From: Candidatus Poribacteria bacterium
Lineage (GTDB): Bacteria > Poribacteria > WGA-4E > JAJDTR01
Assembly: GCA_965222225.1 (NCBI GenBank)
Contig: CBDCTK010000002.1
Location: 4,928,001-4,992,000 of the forward strand
Direction of reading: 5' to 3'
Length of the DNA: 64,000 bases
Numbering within the stretch: the stretch's first letter is position 1; the number at the start of each line of letters is the position of its first letter. The position numbers and the translations under genes are program-made. Shown here one piece after another: positions 21,617-31,421 of this stretch. The notes under the pieces are model-generated. The model worked only from the letters and a program-made list of their open reading frames with translations, was not told the origin of the DNA and made no database searches.

Positions 21617-22852
21617 TTAGCCCTCCGCGACCCCTTGTTCAAAACAGACCTTACCAGAAACAATTGTCAAGATATTCCGTGCTGATTCATCAAGAATCTG
21701 TTGAATCACAGGCTGCCCGTCATTTGGTATGGCAATCCCAATCACATCCGCGTGCCAGCCTTTTTCCAATCTACCGACACGCTGTAGCGATAACGCCCTT
21801 GCACCATTGATGGTCACAAGGTCGATAATGGTCTCCGGTGGCAGGTCATCCTGCGTTTTCGCGAGGAATTTTAATTCGTCGAGCATACTGAGCGACCAGT
21901 TGCTGGCTAAACTATCTGTCCCGATTGCGACGTTGGTGCTGGCTTTGATGAGACGGGAAATGGGGTGCGAGGTGTGGTGGAAGTGGTGGTGGGCGCGAGG
22001 GCAGAATGCAACCGATGCCCCACTCGCGGCAAGGGTTTGGATGTCGGCGTCTGCGAGGTAGTTGCAGTGTGCGAGTAACGGGCGATACTCTAATGTGCCG
22101 ATATCCTTGAGGTATTGTACAGGAGAGCATCCGGGAGGCGTCCAATCGCTCATGGAAATACCAAAGGTGTTTAACAAATCGGCAAACTCCCCCGTGCCAG
22201 ATGCTAGAAATTCAATCTCATCTTTCGTCTCCGACAGATGAGTACACAACGGTAGATTGCGAGATTGAGCGAGTTCAAGGCAGTGGCGATAGAGTGTCGC
22301 GGATGTTGAGTATGGAGCGTGTGGCGAAACCGCAGGCTGAAACAATGCGTCTGGGTGGGGTGACGATGCAAAATATTCGTTTATGCGGTCAACGCCAATC
22401 TGTGTTCGCTCAGGTGAAAATCCTGTCGTCTCAAAGAAAACAACCGCACGAATTGGTGAATCTTTGTGAGTGTGAGCTGACTTTCCAAATCCATGAATGT
22501 CGCCAACCGTCGTAGCGCCTCCTGCCAAACTCATTTCAATCCCATCTTTGACGGCGGAATCCACCCATTCCGGGTCGGACTTATGATTCTGGATGAGCTG
22601 TAAAAGCCAGTCTGTAAATCGTGGAGTTCGTTGGATTAAGTCTTGATGGTGTGTCAGCTCAAGGTGCGTGTGCGCGTTCACCAATCCTGGCATGATAACC
22701 GCCTCACCCAGATCTCGTACCTTGGAGTTGTTCCCTTTCCTTACTGCTCCGTACGTGCCGATGTCCACAATCTGTGAACCATGGATAGCAATTGCCCCAT
22801 TTTCGATGACTTGGCGGCTATCTGGCAAGAGGTATTTTGCGCGTAATATCAA
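21617..22852 (-). CDS. Metal-dependent amidohydrolase (SsnA/MTA-SAH/aminodeoxyfutalosine deaminase-like)
   Basis: PGLVNAHTHLE, SPHAPYS, THLSET, AHC, GTDSLASN. Confidence 0.85.
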   Translation of the reverse strand: MILRAKYLLPDSRQVIENGAIAIHGSQIVDIGTYGAVRKGNNSKVRDLGEAVIMPGLVNAHTHLELTHHQDLIQRTPRFTDWLLQLIQNHKSDPEWVDSAVKDGIEMSLAGGATTVGDIHGFGKSAHTHKDSPIRAVVFFETTGFSPERTQIGVDRINEYFASSPHPDALFQPAVSPHAPYSTSATLYRHCLELAQSRNLPLCTHLSETKDEIEFLASGTGEFADLLNTFGISMSDWTPPGCSPVQYLKDIGTLEYRPLLAHCNYLADADIQTLAASGASVAFCPRAHHHFHHTSHPISRLIKASTNVAIGTDSLASNWSLSMLDELKFLAKTQDDLPPETIIDLVTINGARALSLQRVGRLEKGWHADVIGIAIPNDGQPVIQQILDESARNILTIVSGKVCFEQGVAEG

Positions 22853-23140
22853 AGTTGGTTGGGCGTGAGAGATTGCGTGTGGAACGTACGATAGAATGGT
22901 AACTGTTTAGTCCATTAATATCAAGAGCAAATGTAGGGCAATCGCTTATGATTTTACAGGTATGGGGGCAAACAAGCGTTTGCCTTATTATCGTAGAGGC
23001 CCCCTTGTGGACTTAGCCACTACTTTCAGGTCCGTAATATTGGAATCCCCTAGGGAGATTGGATTTTCATCGCACGCCTTATCCTGCACTCGTTTTACTA
23101 ACCACGGACCACTAGCCACTTAACACTTACATTGAGTGTA

Positions 23141-24514
23141 CTATTGTCCTCGGATGACCACTTCTTCCCCGTTTCGTGTTTCAACCTCGCTCGGCTGATT
23201 CGTCCCGCGTTGACGCGTATAAAATTTCGGGGTTTCCTGAAATTTGTTCCGATAGTAGGTGACGGTGCGGCGGGCAATCTTGGTATCGTATTCGCGTTCA
23301 AGAATTTCGGAGAGCTCCGCATCATTGTAGGGCTTTTTTCGTGCGCCCGACCTCAGTTCTTGACGCTCCCGAACGGCAATCAAGCGCCGCAAGACATCTC
23401 CTTTGCTTTGGCAGAAGAATTTGAGTGGAAAGCTGCCGTCCGGCGTATCAACGTTTTTGTGCCGAAGGATGCGACTCACGGTGGATTCATGTTCGCCCAG
23501 TTCTTTGGAAACCTCCGCCTGAGTTAGCGGCTTAAGGTAGAGCGCGTCTCCGCTCACGAAATAACGGTACTGATATTCATAAAGGAACATCAGCACGCGA
23601 AACGTCAAGCTTTTTCGCTGGTTGATATGGCGTAAGATATCAGCCAAATGTGCACCATCCTCATCTGCTCCCGGATCGACAGATTCAAGCTCGTAACGGG
23701 AATTGTTCTCAATCCCCGATTCAACGTGAATCTCGGCGCGAGGCGGATTGTCAAAACGCCGAATTGTCGCAATAACCCCCGTTTCATGCATTGATGCGGG
23801 GTTAGTCGGCGTATCAACAACGGTCACCTGCATGGAACTGGCAATCTGGACACGATCTACGAGGTCAACAATCTCCCGAACCGCGCTTTGGGGGATTCCC
23901 AACGCACCCGTGATCCGCTCCGGCTCGGTATTGTCCCCCATGAAATATTGGACAAACTCCGATTGCGTAATTTCATACTCCTCCATCAATTCGGCGAGTG
24001 CTTCATATGCCTCTTCCGAATTGAGAAAATCCTGTGATGTCGGCGGTTCCCGAAAATCCGGGTCATCAAGCCGCATGTAATTCTCTTGGGTGTCCTCATT
24101 GCCCGCCCAAGCGCGCTTGAGATAGCGGCAGTATTCGAGGGCGTGAATGAGTTTGCCTCGTGGAACCCGATATTTTAGAGCGAGTTCCTTGACATGGCGC
24201 CGGGCATCTTCTCGGAAAAAGTCTGTCTGCCAGTCGGCACGTGCTTCAATATCGAACTCCTTCATAAATTCCACGAACTGCTGGTCTTGGAATTCTTCGT
24301 AAAGATGCCGAGGAATGCGTCCTTTGAAGTTTATTTTCCGTACATTGCCCGATTCAACGAGACGCTGAAAGGCTGGTTGTGATTCAACCTTCTCCACATA
24401 CTCTCGAAATTCCTGCTCATCTTGCGTGAGAAGATTTAAATATGCGTCAGGCGGGCGTGACGATTTTATTGTCGGAAGAACTGCAATTTGAGGTTTGGGA
24501 CCAACGATTCGCAT
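23141..24514 (-). CDS. Divergent RNA polymerase sigma-54 (RpoN)-like protein
   Basis: HTH LKPLTQAEVSKELGEHESTVSR, FPLKFF, altered RpoN box IARRTVTYYRN; N-terminal half atypical. Confidence 0.75.
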   Translation of the reverse strand: MRIVGPKPQIAVLPTIKSSRPPDAYLNLLTQDEQEFREYVEKVESQPAFQRLVESGNVRKINFKGRIPRHLYEEFQDQQFVEFMKEFDIEARADWQTDFFREDARRHVKELALKYRVPRGKLIHALEYCRYLKRAWAGNEDTQENYMRLDDPDFREPPTSQDFLNSEEAYEALAELMEEYEITQSEFVQYFMGDNTEPERITGALGIPQSAVREIVDLVDRVQIASSMQVTVVDTPTNPASMHETGVIATIRRFDNPPRAEIHVESGIENNSRYELESVDPGADEDGAHLADILRHINQRKSLTFRVLMFLYEYQYRYFVSGDALYLKPLTQAEVSKELGEHESTVSRILRHKNVDTPDGSFPLKFFCQSKGDVLRRLIAVRERQELRSGARKKPYNDAELSEILEREYDTKIARRTVTYYRNKFQETPKFYTRQRGTNQPSEVETRNGEEVVIRGQ

Positions 24515-24541
24515 TTGTCCTTTCAGGGCGTCTCGGTGCGT

Positions 24542-25408
24542 TTATACTGGTTCTCTGAATTGCCTAATTTCCTGGTATTTCGCGTAATCTGGCGAGTGCT
24601 TGAGCTGATCGTCTATATCGGCGTGGCACATGATACACAAAACCTGAAGGTTATCGTCGCTGTTATTATATTTTAACCCGTTAATGTGGTGGACGTGTAG
24701 GAATCGTTTCTTACTATCTTCCCCTAGATAATCTTGACACTTTGAACACTTCCATCCTGCTTTTTCTCGAAAACGTAGAGACACTTGTTCCCAATCTTCT
24801 GTATAGGTATTCCGAGGTGCTGTTCCAACCGAATACTTCGGCGTTGCCGTGATTTGAGAGGCGTACTTGTCAAAGAATTCCTTGCGGTCGAATGTATCCC
24901 TAATCTCATTCTTGCGTCCAGAACTGGAGTAATCTTGGTAATTAAGCAGGCTTAGGCAATTCTTGCAAACGTGTAACTGGCACTCGATTCCTTCCCTAAT
25001 TAGCCTTCGTCCAAACCTCTCGAGAAAATTAACCGTAAACTTTCCATGAGTCCGATTAGTAACTACGTATCTTTCATCAAACTTGCCTTTACGCCTCATG
25101 TCCCGCAGTGTGGTACAGTCAGCAATGTGAAACTTACGCAAATCTTCTGGGCCTAAGTGTTCTATCACTTCCTGATCTCCAATATATTGGTCTCGGATAT
25201 AAACGATAACCGTCTTACCGTCGCATTTGAGCGTCTTTGTTTCAAGATCTACTTCAATGTCCGACAATGATGACTTCTCGATTTCAAAGATGTCAATCGG
25301 CTTCCATTCAGAGCCTCCAGAATTCCATGGGACTAAATCCGCCCCCATCTGTTGACGCATAGCATTTAATTCCTTGTTCTGTAGGAAATCAGGTAATTTG
25401 ATTTTCAT
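24542..25408 (-). CDS. zorE: Zorya type II effector ZorE (HNH endonuclease)
   Basis: VYIRDQ, KFHIADC, CKNCL..LNY, CSKC, HVHHINGLKYNN...LCIMCH; follows zorAB with a 4-bp overlap. Confidence 0.85.
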   Translation of the reverse strand: MKIKLPDFLQNKELNAMRQQMGADLVPWNSGGSEWKPIDIFEIEKSSLSDIEVDLETKTLKCDGKTVIVYIRDQYIGDQEVIEHLGPEDLRKFHIADCTTLRDMRRKGKFDERYVVTNRTHGKFTVNFLERFGRRLIREGIECQLHVCKNCLSLLNYQDYSSSGRKNEIRDTFDRKEFFDKYASQITATPKYSVGTAPRNTYTEDWEQVSLRFREKAGWKCSKCQDYLGEDSKKRFLHVHHINGLKYNNSDDNLQVLCIMCHADIDDQLKHSPDYAKYQEIRQFREPV

Positions 25409-26148
25409 TCTTTCCTTTTCAGAATTTCTAAAATCCGTTTGTCCGCGTTAGTGCGCACACGAAATTCGACCCGTCTCGATTCTTGTGGGTTTTGCGTGCC
25501 ATCAAGATTACGGATCAGCTTGCTTGAAGATAAGCCGTTAGCAGTAAGATTATCCCTAATCCATTTTCTGTTTTGTTGAATCCGTGGATTCTTGATTTGG
25601 AGCACATAATTGAGAACGTGTCTTGTTCTGTCCTGTGACAACTCCATGTTAAGAATATAAGCGACCTCCTCTATATCTCTTACCCCTTCCCATTCGCTTG
25701 AAGTGTGACCTTCAATCCGAATTTCCGCGATGTCATCCTTGTATTTATACTCGCCATCATTAGTTTTGGTCTCGGATAAAATCTTGATGTAACGTGGGAA
25801 AAACTCATTCAATATCTTCCTGAAGAGTGGACGAACCTCTGCGCTACCCCTTGCAAATAATACTTCAGGTTCTTTGAATCGCATCGATAGCATGTCCTCA
25901 TCTAAGACAACGTTCCATTTAGTAAGGTCGTCTTTGAACTCGTCGTAAAGGTCGGCATACAGATCTGCCCTTAATTGCTCGTAAGTGACAACAATCTTGT
26001 CTATCGCATCTTTGTCTGCGCTGACATCTAACATGTAACTGATGGCAATGAAAAGGAAGATTACCATCAGCCCCGCCATCATATCAGAAATCGAAATCCA
26101 GTGTTCCTCAGTATCTTGTTGCTTGGTGGCTAGTATGCTATCGTTCAT
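25405..26148 (-). CDS. zorB: Zorya protein ZorB (MotB/OmpA-like)
   Basis: WISISDMMAGLMVIFLFI TM helix with conserved Asp, IRIEGHTSSEW, NMELSQDR, SRRVEFR. Confidence 0.9.
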   Translation of the reverse strand: MNDSILATKQQDTEEHWISISDMMAGLMVIFLFIAISYMLDVSADKDAIDKIVVTYEQLRADLYADLYDEFKDDLTKWNVVLDEDMLSMRFKEPEVLFARGSAEVRPLFRKILNEFFPRYIKILSETKTNDGEYKYKDDIAEIRIEGHTSSEWEGVRDIEEVAYILNMELSQDRTRHVLNYVLQIKNPRIQQNRKWIRDNLTANGLSSSKLIRNLDGTQNPQESRRVEFRVRTNADKRILEILKRKE

Positions 26149-26175
26149 CGCACTCCTCCAGAGCTTTGTTGTAAG

Positions 26176-27948
26176 TTATTCCAAGCGTCGCGCTATTTGA
26201 ACCACTCGGCGAAGTTGTTCCGTAAGAGGGGTGTAGTCAGCAACAAATCTACTGGAAAGACTAGCTAACTGTCGTCCAAGCGAGTTTATTGACTTTTCGA
26301 GTTCTTGTTGAAGAGCGGTATCCAAGCGTTGGAATTGCTGATCCATACGCTCTGTGCTGCCTTGGAAAAAGCGCTCAGTTTCAGACCGGAGGAGAGTTGA
26401 TTGTGCCTGTACTGTGTTCCCTAAGTCTCGTGTTAAATCCTCTATGGTGCGTTTCAATTGTTGAGAGATATTCTGGATAACAGATTCGACCTGAACTGTA
26501 ACATTCTGGAAGGCTTCTCTTTGCCTAGCCATATCTGCGTGTGAATTGTCTATGCTCTCCGTAACGTGCACTGAAAACTCTCTGACGGCTTCTTGGAGGC
26601 TTTGTACTGAGGCATGTGAATTGTCAATCGCTTCTCTAACTACAGTTGAAAAGCGATTGGCGATTTCTTCTAGTCGCCCGCTCGCGTTCTCTACCATCGT
26701 CTGAAGGTGTGTTGATTGATTTTGAAGCGTGTCCTCCAATCCTCGGTTCGTAGTAATGATAGTGGATTGAAGTTGTTGAGACTGATCTTCTAAAGCGCTT
26801 CTATAATCTTGAAACGCATCAGCAATGACCTGTTCAACCCGTTCGGAGGTTCTTTCAAAAACAGCTTCGGTTTGCTGTTGAATGCGATTACCTGTGTTTT
26901 CCACGGTTGTCCCAAGTTGCTGGGACTGATTGGCTAAGGCTTCTCTCTGGTTTTGCATGGAGGCGTGCGAATTGTCTATGGTCTCTTGGACAACAGTTGA
27001 AAAGCCATCCGTTAGCTGGTTTAACCGTGCCTCAATAATCGGAAACGCACTGCCAGCATTCTCAGCCAGTGTACTAAATGCTTCTAAATGCGTATCCAGT
27101 TGTCCTATTTGGTGTTGTAGTGCTCGAAGTATGGGGTCAAGTTGTTCTGCACTTGAAACGATGGCATCACTCCGATCAGCGATAATTGCCAGTGACTGGC
27201 GAGATTGTTCCACGCTTTCTGCCGCAATCCGGAACTGAGCAGCCAATTCATTCATCTGTTGCCGGTATTGTTCCTGCCAGTCGTTGATTCTTCCAACCGC
27301 TTCGTTCAATTGCCTGAAGTTATCTCCGAACTGTTCATTGATTTTCGCGTTGAAATCTCGCATAACTTCCTCAAGAGCTTCGATCAGCGCCTGAGTATTA
27401 TTCTCCGCCATCTGTTCTGCAAATTCGCTAAAGGCACGAACCAAATCATCCTGCTTGTCGGAAAAGGTTGTTCTCAACTTTTGCAACTGTGTCAAAACGG
27501 TACTGTCACCTTCTCCAGTTAATGATTTTTCAATAGATTGGAGAGATTCTCTGGTTTCCATACCTTCTTTTTGTTCAACTTCTAGGATATTCCTCAACAA
27601 GTCGGCTAGGTCATCAACCGTTGCACCGGAATAGGTTTCCGTTGATTCAGAATGTCTTCTCTGATTGTTTAGGTTTGACCATTTGAGGTAAATCGCCCCG
27701 GCGATGCCGGCAATGGAAGTGAAGAACGCCGCCTTCAAACCCTCAAGTAGCTTGGGCACGCTATTCTCAATATCCTTTGTATCGAAATTTAACAGGCCCC
27801 AAGCGATACCGACAAATGTTCCAAGTACACCGATGACGGTTACGATTGAGGCGATGGCATTGACTTGTTGGTGTCGAAATTTCCGAAACCGGTAGATTGC
27901 TACACCCATGAGTGCTAATGCTACGAAAATGATTAAGTACATGTCCAT
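26176..27948 (-). CDS. zorA: Zorya protein ZorA (MotA/TolQ-like TM domain plus long helical tail)
   Basis: Three TM helices incl. IGVLGTFVGI and LLEGLKAAFFTSIAG, QFGDNF..LNEAV and a coiled tail of about 450 aa. Confidence 0.88.
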   Translation of the reverse strand: MDMYLIIFVALALMGVAIYRFRKFRHQQVNAIASIVTVIGVLGTFVGIAWGLLNFDTKDIENSVPKLLEGLKAAFFTSIAGIAGAIYLKWSNLNNQRRHSESTETYSGATVDDLADLLRNILEVEQKEGMETRESLQSIEKSLTGEGDSTVLTQLQKLRTTFSDKQDDLVRAFSEFAEQMAENNTQALIEALEEVMRDFNAKINEQFGDNFRQLNEAVGRINDWQEQYRQQMNELAAQFRIAAESVEQSRQSLAIIADRSDAIVSSAEQLDPILRALQHQIGQLDTHLEAFSTLAENAGSAFPIIEARLNQLTDGFSTVVQETIDNSHASMQNQREALANQSQQLGTTVENTGNRIQQQTEAVFERTSERVEQVIADAFQDYRSALEDQSQQLQSTIITTNRGLEDTLQNQSTHLQTMVENASGRLEEIANRFSTVVREAIDNSHASVQSLQEAVREFSVHVTESIDNSHADMARQREAFQNVTVQVESVIQNISQQLKRTIEDLTRDLGNTVQAQSTLLRSETERFFQGSTERMDQQFQRLDTALQQELEKSINSLGRQLASLSSRFVADYTPLTEQLRRVVQIARRLE

Positions 27949-28283
27949 ACTGGTAACTTCCTCCGTTTAAATCTGAAGTCTGTGTTTGGTTTAGCATGAC
28001 GTGTGAGTCGACCCATGACAAAATTCTATGGGACATTCATCGCAAAAATGGAGTTCCTAATTGTATCGCTTCATCATCACACTGTCAACAATCGATACAC
28101 GGCAGAATGGTGACACGACGATACACCGTAATCGTCTCAATTTGGTACTGTGGGTTGATGAATACCTTGTCCATCCGTGCTAGTGATGCCCTTTTTCTGT
28201 TGATCGGGGTAATTGCCCGTGATAGAATAAATTTGCGGGAGTACGAAGTCTCAACGGGAGCACTCATAACTCGGAGGGATACC

Positions 28284-28559
28284 ATGGCAGAACACCAAAA
28301 TGACAAAAATCAGGCGTATTGGCGGAAGAACCTCCACTATCTAGCTCGTCTGTTGACTGTATGGTTCATTGTGTCCTATGGCTGTGCGATTCTGTTCGTT
28401 GACTATCTCGACAAAATCAAGATTGGCGGATTTCGGCTCGGTTTCTGGTTTGCACAATAAGGATCTATCTATATCTTCGTAGTTCTGATTTTCATCTATG
28501 TCAAGTTGATGAATCGCTTGGATAAGAGTCACGATGTAGATGAAGAGGAGCGAAGCTGA
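28284..28559 (+). pseudogene. DUF4212 small membrane partner of SSS symporter with in-frame TAA at 28458
   Basis: AYWRKNL...GFRLGFWFAQ*GSIYIFVVLIFIYVKLMNRLD; the frame continues past a CAA-to-TAA-type stop. Confidence 0.85.
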
Positions 28560-28561
28560 TT

Positions 28562-30343
28562 ATGACCGTGCAAGCTTGGATATTCGTGATGGTAGGATTT
28601 ACCTTCGCGCTCTACGTCGGCGTAGCGATTCGATCGAGGGCAGGCTCAACGGGGGAGTTCTACGTTGCGGGTGGCAGTGTGCGTCCGGTAGTAAACGGCA
28701 TGGCGACAGCCGCAGACTGGATGAGCGCCGCATCGTTCATCTCCATGGCGGGGCTTATCTCGTTCATAGGACGCGACGGTTCCGTCTATCTGATGGGCTG
28801 GACTGGTGGCTACGTGTTACTAGCGTTGCTGCTGGCGCCATACCTGCGAAAGTTTGGGAAATATACCGTGCCGGACTTTGTGGGCGATAGGTATTACTCA
28901 AGAGCCGCTCGGGTGGTTGCCGTCGTCTGCGCGATTTTTGTATCGTTCACGTACGTCGCGGGGCAAATGCGCGGCGTAGGCATTGTGTTCTCACGATTCC
29001 TCAACGTTGAAATCACGTCGGGTGTCCTAATCGGCATGGGCATCGTGTTCTTTTACGCCGTGTTGGGGGGAATGAAGGGCATCACCTATACACAGGTCGT
29101 GCAATACTGCGTGCTAATCTTCGCCTATCTCGTGCCGGCAATCTTCATCTCCTTGTTGATGACCGGAAATATCATTCCGCAACTCGGATTCGGTGGGACG
29201 TTAGCGGACGGGTCAGGGGAGTTTTTACTTGATAGGCTGGACGGCTTGAGTCGGGATCTTGGATTCCATCTGTATACCGACGGGAGCAAGACGACGATAG
29301 ATGTGTTCTGCATCACGGCGGCGCTCATGGTCGGCACGGCAGGATTGCCGCACGTCATTGTACGCTTCTATACGGTGCCCAGAGTTGCTGCCGCGCGCAG
29401 TTCTGCGGGCTGGGCGCTGTTATTCATTGCCCTTCTTTACACCACCGCTCCCGCCGTAGCTGCGTTTGCGAGAACAAACCTACTGACAACAATTTCGGAG
29501 AAGAGCTATCAAGAAGTTCCGGACTGGTTCAAGAACTGGGAAGAAACCGGTTTATTGGCATGGGCGGACAAGAATTCGGATGGAAAGATACAATATGTGG
29601 CAGGTTCGGCAATTGACGGAAAGAAACCAATTTTTGGCAGTGGCAGGGGGGCTTCCGGTGAGCGCGTCGTCACGAACGCAAATCCAAATACAAAGAATGA
29701 ACTCTACGTAGACCGAGACATTATGGTGCTTGCAAACCCGGAAATCGCCAAACTGCCCAACTGGATTGTCGGTTTAGTCGCCGCGGGCGGCTTGGCAGCG
29801 GCGCTCTCCACCGCCGCAGGATTGCTGCTTGTCATTTCCACCTCGGTCGCGCATGACCTGCTCAAACGGGAGATCCGTCCGGAAATTAACGAAAAAAGGG
29901 AGTTGATCGCCGCGCGAATTGCCGCAGGCGTGGCGGTTTGTATTGCAGGCTACTTTGGCATCAATCCGCCCGGGTTCGTGGGTCAAGTCATCGCATTTGC
30001 GTTCGGTTTGGCGGCGGCGTCCTTTTTCCCTGCCATCGTCATGGGTATTTTCTCAAAGCGGATGAACAAGTTCGGCGCCATTAGCGGCATGATTGTCGGG
30101 ATTACCTTTACCGCGGGGTATATCATGTTCTTTAAGTTCATTCGACCCGAACTCAACACGTCCGGCCACTGGTTGCTAGGTATATCACCGGAAGGGATTG
30201 GGATCTTGGGAATGATACTCAATTTCGTGGTGTCTATCACGGTTTCGGCTCTAACCCCTCCGCCTCCGGGTGAAATTCAGGAGTTGGTTGAATATATTCG
30301 CGTTCCGCGAGGCGCCGGTGAGGCACGCGAATTATCCGTTTAA
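28562..30343 (+). CDS. Sodium:solute symporter, ActP-like cation/acetate symporter
   Basis: NGMATAADWMSAASFISMAG, GWTGGY, GTAGLPHV, AAALSTAAGLL. Confidence 0.9.
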   Translation: MTVQAWIFVMVGFTFALYVGVAIRSRAGSTGEFYVAGGSVRPVVNGMATAADWMSAASFISMAGLISFIGRDGSVYLMGWTGGYVLLALLLAPYLRKFGKYTVPDFVGDRYYSRAARVVAVVCAIFVSFTYVAGQMRGVGIVFSRFLNVEITSGVLIGMGIVFFYAVLGGMKGITYTQVVQYCVLIFAYLVPAIFISLLMTGNIIPQLGFGGTLADGSGEFLLDRLDGLSRDLGFHLYTDGSKTTIDVFCITAALMVGTAGLPHVIVRFYTVPRVAAARSSAGWALLFIALLYTTAPAVAAFARTNLLTTISEKSYQEVPDWFKNWEETGLLAWADKNSDGKIQYVAGSAIDGKKPIFGSGRGASGERVVTNANPNTKNELYVDRDIMVLANPEIAKLPNWIVGLVAAGGLAAALSTAAGLLLVISTSVAHDLLKREIRPEINEKRELIAARIAAGVAVCIAGYFGINPPGFVGQVIAFAFGLAAASFFPAIVMGIFSKRMNKFGAISGMIVGITFTAGYIMFFKFIRPELNTSGHWLLGISPEGIGILGMILNFVVSITVSALTPPPPGEIQELVEYIRVPRGAGEARELSV

Positions 30344-30365
30344 GCGAATAGACTGATTCTATCTG

Positions 30366-31370
30366 ATGTCTAATTCTTCGCCTAGCCCCGATACGATTGA
30401 AAGATACGACAGCGCGCTCTTGCCAGCCTTGGCGTTATTGGCGGGGCGGCAACTCGATCTGTTCACACGACTCAAAGATGATCCAATGAGCGCCGAAGGC
30501 ATTGCCGAGGCTCTTGGCGTCAATGCGTCGAAACTGGAATTGCTTCTATGCGCGCTTGCTGCCGCGGGAGTATTGACCGTGGACGCCGGACTGTTTTCTA
30601 ACACTCCCGAAGCAAACCACTTCTTGGTGCGAGGTGAGCCAAACTATATCGGCGGGGGACGCGACATCGATCTGTGGGCGCATCTGCTAGGCACGGTGCT
30701 AAAGACGGCGGATTCCGTACGGACAGGATGCCCGCAAGCTCGGCATGACTACAGAAACATGCCGGCGGAGGAGTTGGAACGATTTTTCCGAAAGCTGCAT
30801 CCGGGCGCGCTAGCAGCCGGACGCGACCTTGTATCAAGGTATGATTTCTCCTCCTGTCGCAGGATGCTTGATGTTGGTGGTGGCTCTGGCGGACTTGCAA
30901 TTGCAGTGACGGAAGCGTGCCCTCACATTTGCGCGACTATAGTAGACCTTCCGACCGTAACCCCTTTTACTCAACAATTCGTCAATGAGTCTAGTGCCAA
31001 AGATCGGCTTCGCGTATTAACGGCAGATGTCGTGAATGAAAAGTTGACCGGCAGCTACAATCTTGCGGTGTTGAAAGCATTTACTCAAACCCTTTCGCGA
31101 AATGGAATACGGGGAGCTCTTGGAAATGTTAGTAATGTCATTGAACCGGGAGGCACGGTTTGTATCCTGGCACACATTTTAGACGACTCACGATTATCGC
31201 CGAGCGAAACGGCGGTATTCAATCTCGTTTTCCTGAATATTTATGAGGATGGACAAGCGTATACTGTGAGTGAGTATTATGAGTGGTTGGAAGAAGCCGG
31301 TTTTGGTGAAGTTGAACAGACATTTCTTGAGGGTGGTTCCAGACTTCTATTGGCTCGTAAGCCCAAATAG
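30366..31370 (+). CDS. O-methyltransferase family 2 with N-terminal dimerisation HTH
   Basis: LDLFTRL...AEGIAEALG, MLDVGGGSG, VDLP, ADV, WLEEAGF. Confidence 0.88.
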   Translation: MSNSSPSPDTIERYDSALLPALALLAGRQLDLFTRLKDDPMSAEGIAEALGVNASKLELLLCALAAAGVLTVDAGLFSNTPEANHFLVRGEPNYIGGGRDIDLWAHLLGTVLKTADSVRTGCPQARHDYRNMPAEELERFFRKLHPGALAAGRDLVSRYDFSSCRRMLDVGGGSGGLAIAVTEACPHICATIVDLPTVTPFTQQFVNESSAKDRLRVLTADVVNEKLTGSYNLAVLKAFTQTLSRNGIRGALGNVSNVIEPGGTVCILAHILDDSRLSPSETAVFNLVFLNIYEDGQAYTVSEYYEWLEEAGFGEVEQTFLEGGSRLLLARKPK

Positions 31371-31421
31371 CTTCTACTGCGGTGATAGCGAAGGTTTCAC
31401 CGAACACCAAAGATAATTATC

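Noticed and set aside
25405-27948. Flagellar MotAB or a chemoreceptor
   Set aside because: The long ZorA tail, ZorB-type motifs and linked ZorE-like HNH fit Zorya; no flagellar genes nearby
27996-28283. Long N-terminal ORF extension (likewise 1221-1481, 33674-33730, 44933-45094)
   Set aside because: Downstream ATGs have RBS-like sequences and match the family starts
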